Positions 1-11,945 of a stretch of 64,000 nt of DNA are shown one piece after another. Positions within the stretch are counted from its first letter, which is position 1. Each line of letters begins with the position of its first letter. The notes below the pieces were generated by a model. The model ran no database searches, was not told the DNA's origin, and saw only the letters and a list, made by a program, of their open reading frames with translations. The stretch is from Marsupella aquatica (taxonomy: Eukaryota; Plantae; Marchantiophyta). The stretch covers positions 29,561,611 through 29,625,610 of the forward strand of contig OZ316891.1 in assembly GCA_973895155.1 (NCBI GenBank). The letters are read 5' to 3'. Both the position numbers and the translations under genes were made by a program.

Positions 1-953
1 GTTCCTCAGTTTTTCTGGCCGTTGTGCTGCACTTGCAGCATAGGTACGAAGGTCGTCGTGTCATCCCTAAGCGTTTTCGGAGACAGAAAATATCAGCTAA
101 TTGAAAGTGAAGAGGTCGGCATTTAAAAGTGGCCCGAGAAGCAAATCACCTCTCCTGACTCCATTAGCTATTATCAAAGTGAAAACAGGAGAAAAGCAGT
201 AACACATCATGCTTGTTTTCCAACATGGCATTTGTGCCACTTGTGGACAAGTTTCTGGTATTGGAATTCATGTCTATCAATTGTACAGCATAGAGAAACC
301 TCGACGACGCCGTTGTCAAGCAATGTCGTGATTGTACTCTATAAACAAGCAGTTCCTTACATCTACTTTCGGCAATCACTTACTGTGCAGGTGTAGTTGC
401 TCACAAACGATGATCCCTCGTTAACTGATTCCAGAGTTCTTAGGCGAGAATCACTTTCGATTGTCTATCTTATTCAATCCTGCTTGCGAACGGTTCCAGT
501 GTTAGTCAGTGCAATGATCAACGGACAACACAACTCAGTGAACAGGTCGTGGAGTTAACTGATTAAATGTGCTTTGGCCAACCATTCCAGAGTACTAAAG
601 CCTGATATAGGCTACATCATCATCAAAGTAGATCCATCAATTTCCTACTATCATTTTCTCATTTTCCCAGACATATTTGCAGTTAATGTACTACGGATAC
701 AATCTGCATCGGATCGCTCACAAGGCCAAATTCATGCCTCTGAGACATTTGGACATGGATCAAAATTTCCAAACAGATAGATGCGGAAGTAGAGCATGCA
801 CGCAAAGGAGTTGGAACCAAAAGATGCCCATGTGCCTCTACTTCTCCACCCCTGGATATCCTTTGGGATACCTAATCAATGTAAACCTTTGGTCCTCCTT
901 TTTCACAAAACTCTACGTCAAATAATTGCAATTTCAAAGTTATGTCCCTCAAT

Positions 954-3658
954 CTAGAGGGCACTCAGATTCCGTTCACAAAGATAGTCAAAAACCTTGG
1001 GTACCATATCAGTGAGGGCGTTTGCAGCTGTAGACAAATTCTCTAGAAACTCCTCTGTTGTGGGCCTATCTCCGTCAACTATATCAGTGACTGCCTTCAA
1101 CAAAACTAATGGAACACCAAGAATATCTGCAACATAGGCGACTGCCGCACCCTGAAGGAACAAACACATAAATCAATGCGGGACACCATTAAATATTTCA
1201 AGCCCATGACAAGGTCGGTTCATATTAAATACGCCAACTTATCATCTATCCCGCAGGTAAGAGACAAATAGTGATACAAACCTCCATGTCCTTGAGTGAC
1301 GCATCGTTGCTCAGAATAATTTCCTCGTCTTTGGGAGTGATATCAAGTGAATTTCCAGTGGACAGTTTACCTTCCTGAGAGGTCCAGACGAGACCGTGAA
1401 CAAATTCAGTCTCCAAACCAAAGTAATGAAATGACCACCTTTGCTGGTCACATTTGACACATTTTTTAATATGAAAAGTCTGAATCTGTATTTAATAATG
1501 TAGCGACTCAATCCACAATTTACTCAGATTTTGTTCTCTAGAGGAGGACACACCTTTAAAGTAAGCTCCTTCACGAGGTTTGGTGCAGGAGTTGCTACCA
1601 AAGCACCAATTCCATATCCTACAAAATTCTGCAATGGCCAAATGAATTCAGTACACTGCAAGATACAGTTTGCCTTGTCCGGTCATACCAGAAAACTATT
1701 GTCAACTTTTTATGTTGTACAGAGAACGTTGTTGAAACTTGCAAAGGACCCCTCCCAGTAAATCTCCCCAAAAAGGTTAATCACTTGGTCAATAGAAGTT
1801 ATTGACAAAAGAGAAAGCAGTAGGGAGGTCAGAGAACAGTACTCCAATGGGTATCCTCCGATCATGATTGGCAGTCTCTGTAACAAGGAATACGTCACCA
1901 ACTTTAGCCCCCTTCCTCTGAAAATGCACAGAAGCCGTTAAGGACAACCGAAAATAACGCACCACCCAAAACTGAAATTGAAAGTTTGTCATTGCAATGC
2001 TTGGAACACAAAATGGCAACGACACAATTCTAGTCTACAAAATGGCAAGCATGCCCAAAACAATCCCTGGACGGAGGATAGTAAGCCAGAAAATAGTATA
2101 CAGCCAAAAGGCTGTGACGCTGCAAACATCCTCCAGATTAAAAATAGGGCATGATTGTGGAGACCGACATTTACTCCATGCCCGGAGGTTCTTGTATATA
2201 TGAGAAACAAAATAAAGAATACGGCCTCACTGCATCAAAAGCTCGCCAGGTTCTCAATGTGCATACTTCCAGAAACTTGTATAATGCTGACTAGAATTCG
2301 GTCGGGACGAACTCACCTTGAAGCCCCCAGCTGTCCCAGCATTTATAATCAGGTCTGGTTTCACTGCTTGAACAGCTGCAAAGGTCATCAAAGACGCGGG
2401 GACCGTCCCAACGTGGTCCACATCTGCTCCAAACGAGATCAAGGCAAATAAGCTTCTATTGGATGTCTCGGTGGAAGACAATTCATATTTCAATCAATGT
2501 GAATAAGAACGAGATGGATCCTCGTAAACGTCACGAATGAAATGACTTGTCAACTCGAGCGAAGAACACGATCATACCGTACACCTCATCCTTTCCCGGG
2601 GTAATTGCATGGACGTTGATCGCTTTGTAAACACCAGAATACTTCACCCATGGTACGCCAGCAGGAAACCTACGCAAAGGAAAGTCAATTCACTCCCTCA
2701 CGAGTTCTTGCAATGCACCTCACCAAAGAAATGCTTCAAGTCCACCGAGCGGAACAGTGCCATCTGTTGAAGATGAGGAAAGAAACCCCTTTTCTAATGA
2801 CAACCGGGGAGCAAAAAAGTCTGACCACAGAATAATCCTCTAGCAGCGACATATGACCCAGACCAGAAGTTTTTCCCAGAAAATCTGTAGGATGAAAATC
2901 CAGTGAAGGATCATGCTCCAAAGATCAGCACCTGGCAACACGAAATACATGCAATCTACCACAGATCCTGCTCTTACGTTCCCATTTATATCGCATTTGA
3001 GAACTCCATTTGCATTCCATAGCCTAAGACAAAGCACTTATATGAGAATGACAACGTTTAAAGATGGTTTACATTTTGGATGTAATGAGCACTTACACTG
3101 ACACGACGTCTTCAACGAGCTTCAGCCTTTCCACCAAAGGAGCTAACTCTGCATGCAATGCTGTCCCCATTCATTTACCCACAATTCAGTTACTATGCCT
3201 CTGTTTCCTCCACAGAAATCATCAGATTCACAGCTAGTAGCTCTCATGTAGTGGATTCTGAGAAATCATTAGTAACATTGGACCGACTGGACGTGCAATC
3301 TATCAATTGGACCGTGATCTTATGCTCTTCAGGGGTCGTTGGGCAGGCTTGAGCTAAAAGAACACGGAAAAATAGAAAAACCGAGTGCATGCCTTCCATT
3401 CTAAAGAGTGATCAGTGAACAGAAGACAACAAACCTCGCAAGCGAGACCCAATTGTGCCAACATCCTAGTCCCTACTCCAAAATCGTATCGACCGAGCAC
3501 CACAGTGATGTCACAGAAAAGAAATTCAAGTTGAGATTTGGACACTGGAGGATGGATGGATGGGATAGCCACGCAAGGAGGAACCTACCTACGACCACCA
3601 ACACGGTCGAAGTTGCTTTGTCTGGCAACTCCGATCCGTTCAAAGCAGTGGGCGCCAT
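954..3658 (-). CDS. MTN: 5'-methylthioadenosine/S-adenosylhomocysteine nucleosidase (plant MTN), 8 exons, ~257 aa
   Basis: Exons with GT-AG borders: 3658-3589, 3160-3097, 2669-2578, 2423-2317, 1917-1843, 1628-1554, 1374-1282, 1151-954 (774 nt, frame conserved). The joined peptide has VGTVPASL, KPDLIINAGTAGGFK, HDRRIPI, LSTGNSLD, KDMEGAAVAYVA and KAVTDIVDGD, all hallmarks of plant MTN1/2. Confidence 0.93.
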
Positions 3659-3864
3659 TGTTGGATGTTTTGACAATCAGGCTTTTAGTGCCAGAATCGG
3701 TGGAGTACAAGCTTCATCGCTCAATACAATTACTGCTCTATGTGGATGCAACCCTTTACTTATGGGTTTTGAGCACTTTACCTTATTGAGCGCAAAGGAT
3801 AATCCTGTACTTGTGGGTTTGAGCAGATTTGTTTATTCAGAGAGAAGAAGAAGGAGATTGTTGA

Positions 3865-4230
3865 AGCTCATTAATGAGCCTTGCACACTCACCGCCCATA
3901 GCCCTCTCCATTGGCTGCTCGCAAAAAAGTGAACTATTGCTTAAATATTGAAGTGTCAAATGCAGTGGATGAACCCCACTTTTGGGTGGAGTTTGTGTAT
4001 TTCTAAGTGTCATGAACCCCACTCTTGGGTGGGTTTTGTGTATTTCTAAGTGTTAAAAAGCAGTCTCATTAAAGAGCCTTGCACACTCACCCCCCACAGC
4101 CCCCTCCATTTGCTGCCCGCAAAAAATTGAACTTGTATTTCTAAGTGTCATGAACCCCACTGTTGGGTGGGTTTTGTGCATTTATAAGTGCCAAAAGGAG
4201 TGAATGAACCCTAACTATGGGTTGGGTTTT
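3865..4230. repeat. Local duplication (~70 bp twice) plus four degenerate ~43-bp units, each with a small hairpin
   Basis: CTCATTAA(T/A)GAGCCTTGCACACTCACC... occurs at ~3868 and ~4065. GAACCCCAC-N-GGGTGGGTTT-like units occur at ~3971, ~4014, ~4152 and ~4206. Confidence 0.75.
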
Positions 4231-5339
4231 TGTCAAAAGAAACTTGGAGCTCACCAGATTCAAACCCCACATGTAACTATCCCGGCTCTGCTAATCTACC
4301 AATAACCCAGCATCTGTTCCAGGTCTAGTCTTATTTGCACTTTGTACTTGTATCAATATCAGGGTCGGGCAGTGGTCTCCCCAGTCGTATGGGATTATGC
4401 ATTAATGTGCATCAATATTGTCAATTGCACTAAATATTAGTTTGTCCTGTACTTAGTCCTTTGTGTCACTTCTATTGTAGTTTGCTTGTGCAATCCGTCA
4501 CTTATTGGTTGAGGGGAGTCGTTTGTCATGTACTTGGTTCCCTGTATTGCTCTTGCCACCCTTGCCGCCATCATGCCCAAATCGCACAGAATGGCTTGTC
4601 TCAAAATTTTCAGAAATTCTAAGTCCTAATTTGTCGGGGAATATCCTTGTGTGGCTCTTGGGCTGCTCACCATCCCTTGACCTTGAGTAATCTAACCGAC
4701 CAGAGAACTAATTGTGACAGTGGATGTACTAGTCGGGTCATGCAATCATTGCAACAAGAAAGGTCATTGGGAAGCCGCTTGTGTCTGAAGAAACTGGATG
4801 ATCAGATTTCCCAACTCCAAGTTTGTGCATCAAATCTATGTCACTTGAAGCCTCAGGTTCATCTTGCTGAAGTTATAGAGAACCTGGCCAGAGTTGAGGT
4901 CTTCAAGGTTCTCAATTATTGCAAAAATGTCTGCATGTCTCAAAAGTATGCATTCCAATGTCCAGGTGGAGCAATAGGTCACAACAAACAATATATGTCA
5001 TAACATTGTTCCATAAAAGTTATGTGAACTGATTTTTGGTTACCATAAGGAAAGCCCACAAGCTCAACACTTAACCAATAACCTTAACAACTTTCCTATG
5101 AGTTTAGGCGCAAATTCAGAACTCTGAGAATCCAAAAAGTTGTGATTGAAGGCATGTGGGCTTTGCCCCTGACATAATGATAACTGCTGCATTTGAGATG
5201 GCGGGTGACAAAGAATGAAGTAAAAAGAATATAAGCTCTGAAACTAAGGTGAGGCTGTAATTCCTACCCTATGGGGCCGGTCAATGCTACCTCCCTCCAT
5301 TTTTAACTAAGTCTTATAACTAAAGTTACAGGATGGACA

Positions 5340-5555
5340 AGAAATCTATAACTTTCAACCATGGCCTAATTTTGAGACTCTTCTATGGAACATAAATCTG
5401 TACATTTCGGCCACAATCTAGCTTTACCTGTGTCCCATACCTAGAGTATGGAATTTACCATAAATCTGGAACTTTCATCAGCCCAACTTCAAGACTTCCT
5501 TATAGACCATAAATCCTAAACTTTCAACCACAGGCCAGTTTGGAGACGCCTTATC
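5340..5555. repeat. Degenerate ~55-60 bp tandem repeat
   Basis: CATAAATCT...AACTTTCA(A)CCA...GAGAC recurs at ~5342, 5391, 5459 and 5508. Confidence 0.5.
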
Positions 5556-6894
5556 GAGCTCACCCTTGCCTTTAATTAATCTTATATATGAAGCACAAAG
5601 GGAAGCTAGATTTGATGTCTAGGCCTCTAGGCCGTGACTCTAGGACATAGAAAGGAGGATGTTATGATATGTATGATTGTCAAAATGATGGAACCCAGAC
5701 ATGATGACTTTTTTTTATCATTTTGTTAACCTTCAAAGACTGTGAATAGTAAATATATTTTGTTGGACACTTTTATTGGTTGGGTCCTTTGCCTGAGGGA
5801 TCGTGTCTCCCGGTTGGGCGCACTTTGTTTTTTGAGAGTGTGATATATATACTTTTTTATTGTACTCTCCTCTATTCATGTTCAAAGAATTACTCTCCTC
5901 CATTACTCTCCTCTATTCACCTTTGTTTCTTGGCTGTGATATGTATATTTTTTATTGTAGTCTCCTCTATTCATGTTCAAAGAATTAGTTCGTGGACCCT
6001 TGGCTAATAAAATCAGGGGGAAGAGTTGATCTGAGCCATCTCCATTTTTTATCTCCGGAAATCTCGTCTGTCCATCATAATGGCCAATCTATGGCTCAAA
6101 AGAAAGATCTCAAATCGATCGGGTTCTATCCGTTTTGCAAATGGGTTAATATTTTTCAAATGAAAAATTAAACAAATCCAAGCCTTCCTAGCCGTCGATT
6201 TTGTTGATTTTACGATATTTGCCGTCCATTTTGTAATGCCTCTAGAAATCTTATTCATCCATGTTAGAAGGCAATCTAAGGTGCAAAAGAAAGATCTCAA
6301 TGAGATCTACGATTGGGTATTTTTTTGTTTTGAAAATGAGTAAATAGTTTTGAATATAAAATTCGATGAACTTTCAAGATTCCAATCATTTCTCCTCCCC
6401 TATCTTGGGTTTCTATGTGCTCTTCCCAACATTAATGGCCGTACAATACGAGAGGTACTTACATACCGGGAGTTACAGTTTAACAAGGAAGTTATCAAGT
6501 TAGTTATTAGTCATTATTTATTATATGAAAAATATTTTTTATAAAATTTTGAATTTAAGTTTTAAAATTAAAAATGTAACTAAAACAGTTACATAGTGAC
6601 AGTTTTAACCGTCTTGCTCTTTGCATTTACAATGTTTTTACTTTTCTTTTTACGGCACTGCGTCCCAAAATTTACACCCAAATTGACACAAACACGAATG
6701 CAAATTATAAGTTTGATTCACAAAATAGATGAATCTTGAATCTTGTTTGTTACGGTTGTTGTTGACATGGCACGCTATGGTACCAGGAATTTTGGAAGGG
6801 ACCTCTAGCTAGTGGGGTCCGTAATTAGTCTCTTCCATTACCCTCCTCTATTCATCTTCAACGAAGGGTAGTGGGGGGGAGAAGGGGGACTCTT

Positions 6895-6922
6895 GGGGTT
6901 TAGGGTTTGGCTCTTAGGGTTT
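6895..6922. promoter_or_regulatory. Two telo-boxes (AAACCCTA on - strand) upstream of the ankyrin gene
   Basis: TAGGGTTT at 6901-6908 and 6915-6922, ~340 bp upstream of the ATG. Telo-boxes are typical of plant translation and ribosome-biogenesis promoters. Confidence 0.6.
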
Positions 6923-7252
6923 GGCTCTTTGAATTTGCTTTGTTTCTGCCGAAGTGACTGAAAAAACCTGCTGTAAAAATCAGTCTCAAGTGTTTGTCTC
7001 AAGACCATCGCCATCGCTCCTCTGCTGTGCTCACACTGAAACCATTGTTCTACGAATATCCTGTCTTCCAGAACGATCATCAATCTCAACATGCGGCTTT
7101 TGCGAAGGTGTGCCCAAATCTCGTTTCTCGAGTAGCGAAGGCTAAACTTTCCTTCGAGCTTCGACGAAGATTTCATTTCGAAGAAGCGTGGATTGGATTT
7201 GGTGGACTTCGGAAGTCCAGTGATCGTCCACCTTGTGAGCGGTCACTTCTCA

Positions 7253-7720
7253 ATGACAGTCCCGTTGCCAGATGCGGGCCAGCAGCCCACATCAGCTCTC
7301 GCAGATGAACTGATCCTCGCTGCGAGATATGGCGATCTCGATGACGTGCGAGCTGTGCTAGCGCAGGCTGTTCTTTTGGTGGACGCGCAGGACGACCAAG
7401 GGCGAACTGCGCTGCACATGGCATCTGCCAACGGGCACTTGGACGTCGTTCAGGTGCTGATCGGAGCAGGGGCGAACGTGAATGCGAGGAACGTAGAGGA
7501 GAACGCACCTCTCCACTACGCGGCCCTGAACGCGCACATTCCTGTGATTCAAGAACTCATCTCCAAGGGCGCGAATGCAGCCGTGTTGAACCGCTATGAA
7601 CGCACTCCACTTGACGAGGCGATTGGGAGGAATAACGAGGCGGTGGTGGACGCGATCAATACTGCAGTCGCGGCGCAGTTAATCGATGCAGCGGACATGA
7701 ACTTGCAGTCTGATCCGTAA
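7253..7720 (+). CDS. Small ankyrin-repeat protein, Yar1-like (putative Rps3 chaperone family), intronless, 155 aa
   Basis: ATG at 7253. Contains LILAARYGDLDDV, GRTALHMASANGHLDVV, NAPLHYAALNAH and RTPLDEA; this ankyrin array resembles Yar1-type proteins. Confidence 0.85.
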   Translation: MTVPLPDAGQQPTSALADELILAARYGDLDDVRAVLAQAVLLVDAQDDQGRTALHMASANGHLDVVQVLIGAGANVNARNVEENAPLHYAALNAHIPVIQELISKGANAAVLNRYERTPLDEAIGRNNEAVVDAINTAVAAQLIDAADMNLQSDP

Positions 7721-10489
7721 TGCAGACTGGTCCCAAACCTGTGGGGAATTATGATTATTAGGTGTTGCGATGGCCCGAGGGAGCTTACGGAACGATTTTT
7801 TGGGAGTCACTAGCGCCCTAGTGCTCAAAGACTTCTTTGGTCATGGTCGATTCTGTTCGGCTTCCCTCTCAGACGTCGCCGACAATATCGCTGGCTGTGC
7901 AGCGCACGGTGAGTTTTAACACGTCTATCGCTCGTTTGCCTGTGCTGCATGCTTTTAGAAGTGAGAAGCGTTTTTGACCAGGCACTCTGAAACTTCGCTT
8001 AAGGACCTAACAGGTGTTTTTCCCAGACATTTGCCTGGAAAGTAGGTTTAGGACCAGCGTCAATCTGTCGTGCAGTTAGTTTTGTAGTGGGATGTTGTCC
8101 ACGTTCATGAGGGTACTCTGGCAGGAGTTAAGTTGTCTGTTGAAGTCGTCTTATGATCTGATCCTTTTCAAATCAGATTGGATTTCTCCAACTTTTCTGC
8201 TCTATGGAGGACTATTGTCATGAAGTACGTTCGCAAGGGTACTCTGTCGTCACCTCCTCGTAGATGTCGACAATTTTTCCCTTGCTAGATGAAACTTCCA
8301 GCTCACGTCCCACTCTGATTTAACATGAAGTGTGGGTTCCATTGCTTTTGGATAAATGCTTCCCCCTTCTCTGTCTTGTGAAATAGATTAGACTGAAATG
8401 TTTTCGTGTAGTTTAGGATTTGAACCATTTTGACCCTGTTCAGTGCATATGGGCTTCTGACTCTCGTCTATTGTTTTTGCAGCTCGAGTTCCACGCATCT
8501 GAGCTCCAGCGCAATGAGGGCGCTGACAGGTCTACATATTTCTGAGAGTTACCTCCATGTAAGGAATCCCACTCAGGCACTGTAAATCATCGTTGCTCCT
8601 GGACTTACCACATGCAGAACCGAGAACCTGAACCTTGCACAATGTGTCAAAAATTGTGTGGAGTACGGCATACACAAGGTGACCTTGTTTCCAACCATCC
8701 TGATATACCTTGTTGAAGTATAGATCCTTTGTACCTTGTGGGAAGCGAGACGTAGCACCCGGTCGATGCCTCGAGGTTCTTTCTTCGGCAGTCATGCGGT
8801 GAGACGAGTGTCCCACCTTCTTCTTGTCTCCTTGAATAATCTAGGGTAGACAGCGCGTTACCACCTGTGTGTATCAAAGTTATGGAGGACAACATTTGAC
8901 AGACTTACAGGATGTCTCTGGGTTGCCACCTAATACAATGAACTACGACATCTATTGATCATTTTCTTTCCTAGGCAGATTTCAACCATATACGAGTTCT
9001 TTTATACTCAACCCTCTTGCGTGACTGGAAAGGCATGGGGTTCGAAAAGTGGTTGGGTGTCTGCCCGACATAATTTGGCATTTCTCAACGATGAACCGGG
9101 AAATTGTCAAGATTCTTTAGCCCCCTTTCCGTCAATTCCCCGACACATAGCAACAGCTTTCATCGTTAATCGCGAACATTGTACCTGCGCAGGAATCTTA
9201 GACAAAATAAAGGCTCAAATGAAATTTCTGTCGACTTTATCCAAGAACAAGTTGTTTATTGAACGTTTTGATTACTGCGTAAATGAAGGTAAAACTTTAC
9301 GCAACTGGCGACAAGAGCTGTGGACGTTTAGTGTAGCTGTCAGCGCTTGGTCTTTCTTGTGCCTAACGTTAGATTATCTGCAGTTTCCTCTATCCCACCC
9401 ACAAGCTGGCCTGCAGAACAATGCATGCTTCCCGACTGGAGTCAGGCTGTCAACTCCTCTCTCCAGTTCAAAGCACGTTTTGATCTAAAAGAACAGTTGA
9501 ACAAGAGAATTGTGCGATCCACACATACTTTGAGAATGCACTCCTATCTCTTCTCCCGAAGAGACGAATCTGAACTTAGAAAAAATAGCTTCGGCCTGAA
9601 AGTGCCATTATTCTCTCATCAGATCAAGATCCACCAGGTCGGATTTTCGTTAGGAGATTGTCCTGAAACTGTGAGGCTGACATAGAAAACGAAGAACAAC
9701 CATCTGGAAAAATGGAGGTGCCAGTGTTGGTTTAAAATTCATACAACTTGTCCATGTATGCAGTCCGGGAGAGTAGGTACGCCGTTGAGCTATTTGATTG
9801 ATACGAAAAGATAGATCTCAATGTCAGAATGCAAAGAGCAAATCTAATGTCGGATAAGCGATTCGATTCATTAGGACACAGAAGGAGGGCAATAAGAAGG
9901 CTTGTTAAAAGGGGGCAACGACATACGCCCCATGATCGTGCTCGTACTGGTCCAACTGGAGAGGACAACCAGCCTTTGGTGATGCAGTTGACCTCCAGGT
10001 ATTTTTCATACAACGGCATTTCAAGCTATGATCAAGAGGCAATATACCCAGTGCTAATTCCCTGGCATAAACGGAATCATCGCACATCTTCTTGCCACAC
10101 ACTAGGAATTTATGAGGGAGGATTTCCTGGGAAAATATCAACTGTGCTTCTACACCAAATCCAAGCTATCAGGCACCGTAGGAGTGATCAAGCTGATCCT
10201 TAAGGACACATTGAGACAGTGATGGAGATCTTACTATGCTCAAAGTAAGGGATAGGATCATTACCAAGCTCCTTGGCCACCAATGAAGCAGTATATGGCT
10301 CGGATTGTGCATGGACCCCGGCAAAGAGGCCTCATTAGCCAGAGAAGCATATTTAACGGTCCACTAATGTTCAAGGTCTGCAAGAGGATGCAAATATTAC
10401 AGTAAGGAAGGTGTGCTTGTACAAAGTAACTTGATTTAGCTACGGCATATGCTACAGTTGAGCATTGATTCATATGGGATACTTTCGCA

Positions 10490-11945
10490 CATCTCGGCTT
10501 CAGCTTTTTGTTCCTCGCAACGTTTTTTAGTAAACCAACAAGTTGTCGGATTCCTGTGATCGCTTCAGGCCTTTCACCCGAATGTAGTGCTCATGGCACT
10601 ATCGAGTCGAAAACCTAGTCTCCTTCCATGGTGTATAAGGCAAGTGAATGATCTTTAGGCCTGTCGAATATACTGTTGCCAACAGAAACATCGCACAAAT
10701 CGTGAGAACCTCCTCTGCGCATTTGTATTGACTGGAAGCCACAATCCTTTCGGAAGGTTTGGATCCAAAGGAAATACTGCCAATCTTCGGCTCATCTGGG
10801 TGAGCTAGAAAAGATCATTCGGGGGCCCCAGTAAGTATAACTCTTCAACCGCTAGTAACACAGTCTGTGCTGGTGGAGGTGCATGATATCGAAATTTCCA
10901 AAGTCTTTGATTCCGTGACGTTTCAATATGACCACAACATTTGTCCAGTTTGACCCCTGAATTTCGGGTACGGTATTATCATCCATTTCCTGATAAGTGT
11001 CCAGATAAACAGCTTGAAACATTTCCCTGGTGATGTCCTCCAGTCTCTACTTTGCTGTTCCCTTCGACACGCGAATCACTGTCAATGATTCGATGCCAGT
11101 TTGGGGATTATAGCTCGCCTGTTTGACAAAACCAGGATCGATTAGGTACTGGATACCATCAATGGTTACTGAAGTCACTGCAATAATGGTAGCTAACACA
11201 ACCTTACGTGCTGTTTCCGGTGATTCCTCAAATACCTTGGTCTGCATTGTCCGAGGAAAGATGGGACAGAAGTGACAGATAATCATCGCTCCAATTCTTG
11301 TTCTTAAAATTCCGTATTCTTATCTCAATTTCTTGTCAGCAATTCAATCTGCTCCTGATCAGGGAAGAATACTAGAACGTCACCTCGGGGGTAACTGGCA
11401 TGAATGTCCAAGACTGTCTGTACCTCACCTTCTCCGTATCCGCTTCTGCTGCTTTCAGGTATATAATCTCAAAAGGGATACCTGCGGCCTGGCATTCTGA
11501 AATAGGAGCCCCATCAAAGGTACTTACCGAGGTTAATCATCCAATCCATTATTTGTGTAACCTGCTAGATCTCGGGACTCCTCTTCCCCGTTCCTCTCCC
11601 TTGCCAAGATCTCCTCATCTTGCCCCCAAGCTTCCCCAGCCCGACCCTTCTTCTCAGGGCGTCTTATGGTCTTTTCATCATCATAGGCGCCTTAGAGCTC
11701 TTCCACCTCTCTCTTATCTCTTCTCACAAAAGCAGCTGCCGCTCTTTTCAGCTTGCTGGTAAAAGTTCAACGCACCGCTGCTTTCGTGGTACACGGCTCC
11801 ACAGCTCTTGTGCGAAGCTGTCCGTATCTCTGGAATCGAGTAGATAACTGTGCAGCTCTGTGATGAGTTGATTAGTTGACGCTGCCTCCTTGGCAAGGCC
11901 TAGCACCAAGGACACAAAGGCATGGTCTGATACCCTTGCTCTCAT
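10490..11945 (-). pseudogene. Intronless, frameshifted, internally deleted pseudogene of a PRP2/DHX16/ESP3-type DEAH splicing helicase
   Basis: N-terminal segment VSLVLGLAKEAAS...FAQELWSRVPRK, then FDGAPI-RMPGRRYP, GDVLVF, ARKVVLATIIAVTSVTIDGIQYLIDPGFVKQASYNPQTGIESL and MDDNTVPEIQ, plus HA2-like remnants down to ~10500. Many stops and frameshifts; no GKT or DEAH motifs; no introns. Confidence 0.85.

Noticed and set aside
3408-3932. 174-aa + strand ORF
   Set aside because: Antisense to MTN exon 1, intron and leader; no recognisable domain.
4647-5003. Possible hAT transposase relic
   Set aside because: Only a HWNAYF-like word on the - strand; no other ordered motifs.
6895-6925. Interstitial telomere remnant
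   Set aside because: Only 2-3 imperfect units in a promoter position; better explained as telo-boxes.
8955-9685. 177-aa and 112-aa ORFs
   Set aside because: Non-ATG starts, no recognisable motifs and no splice structure.
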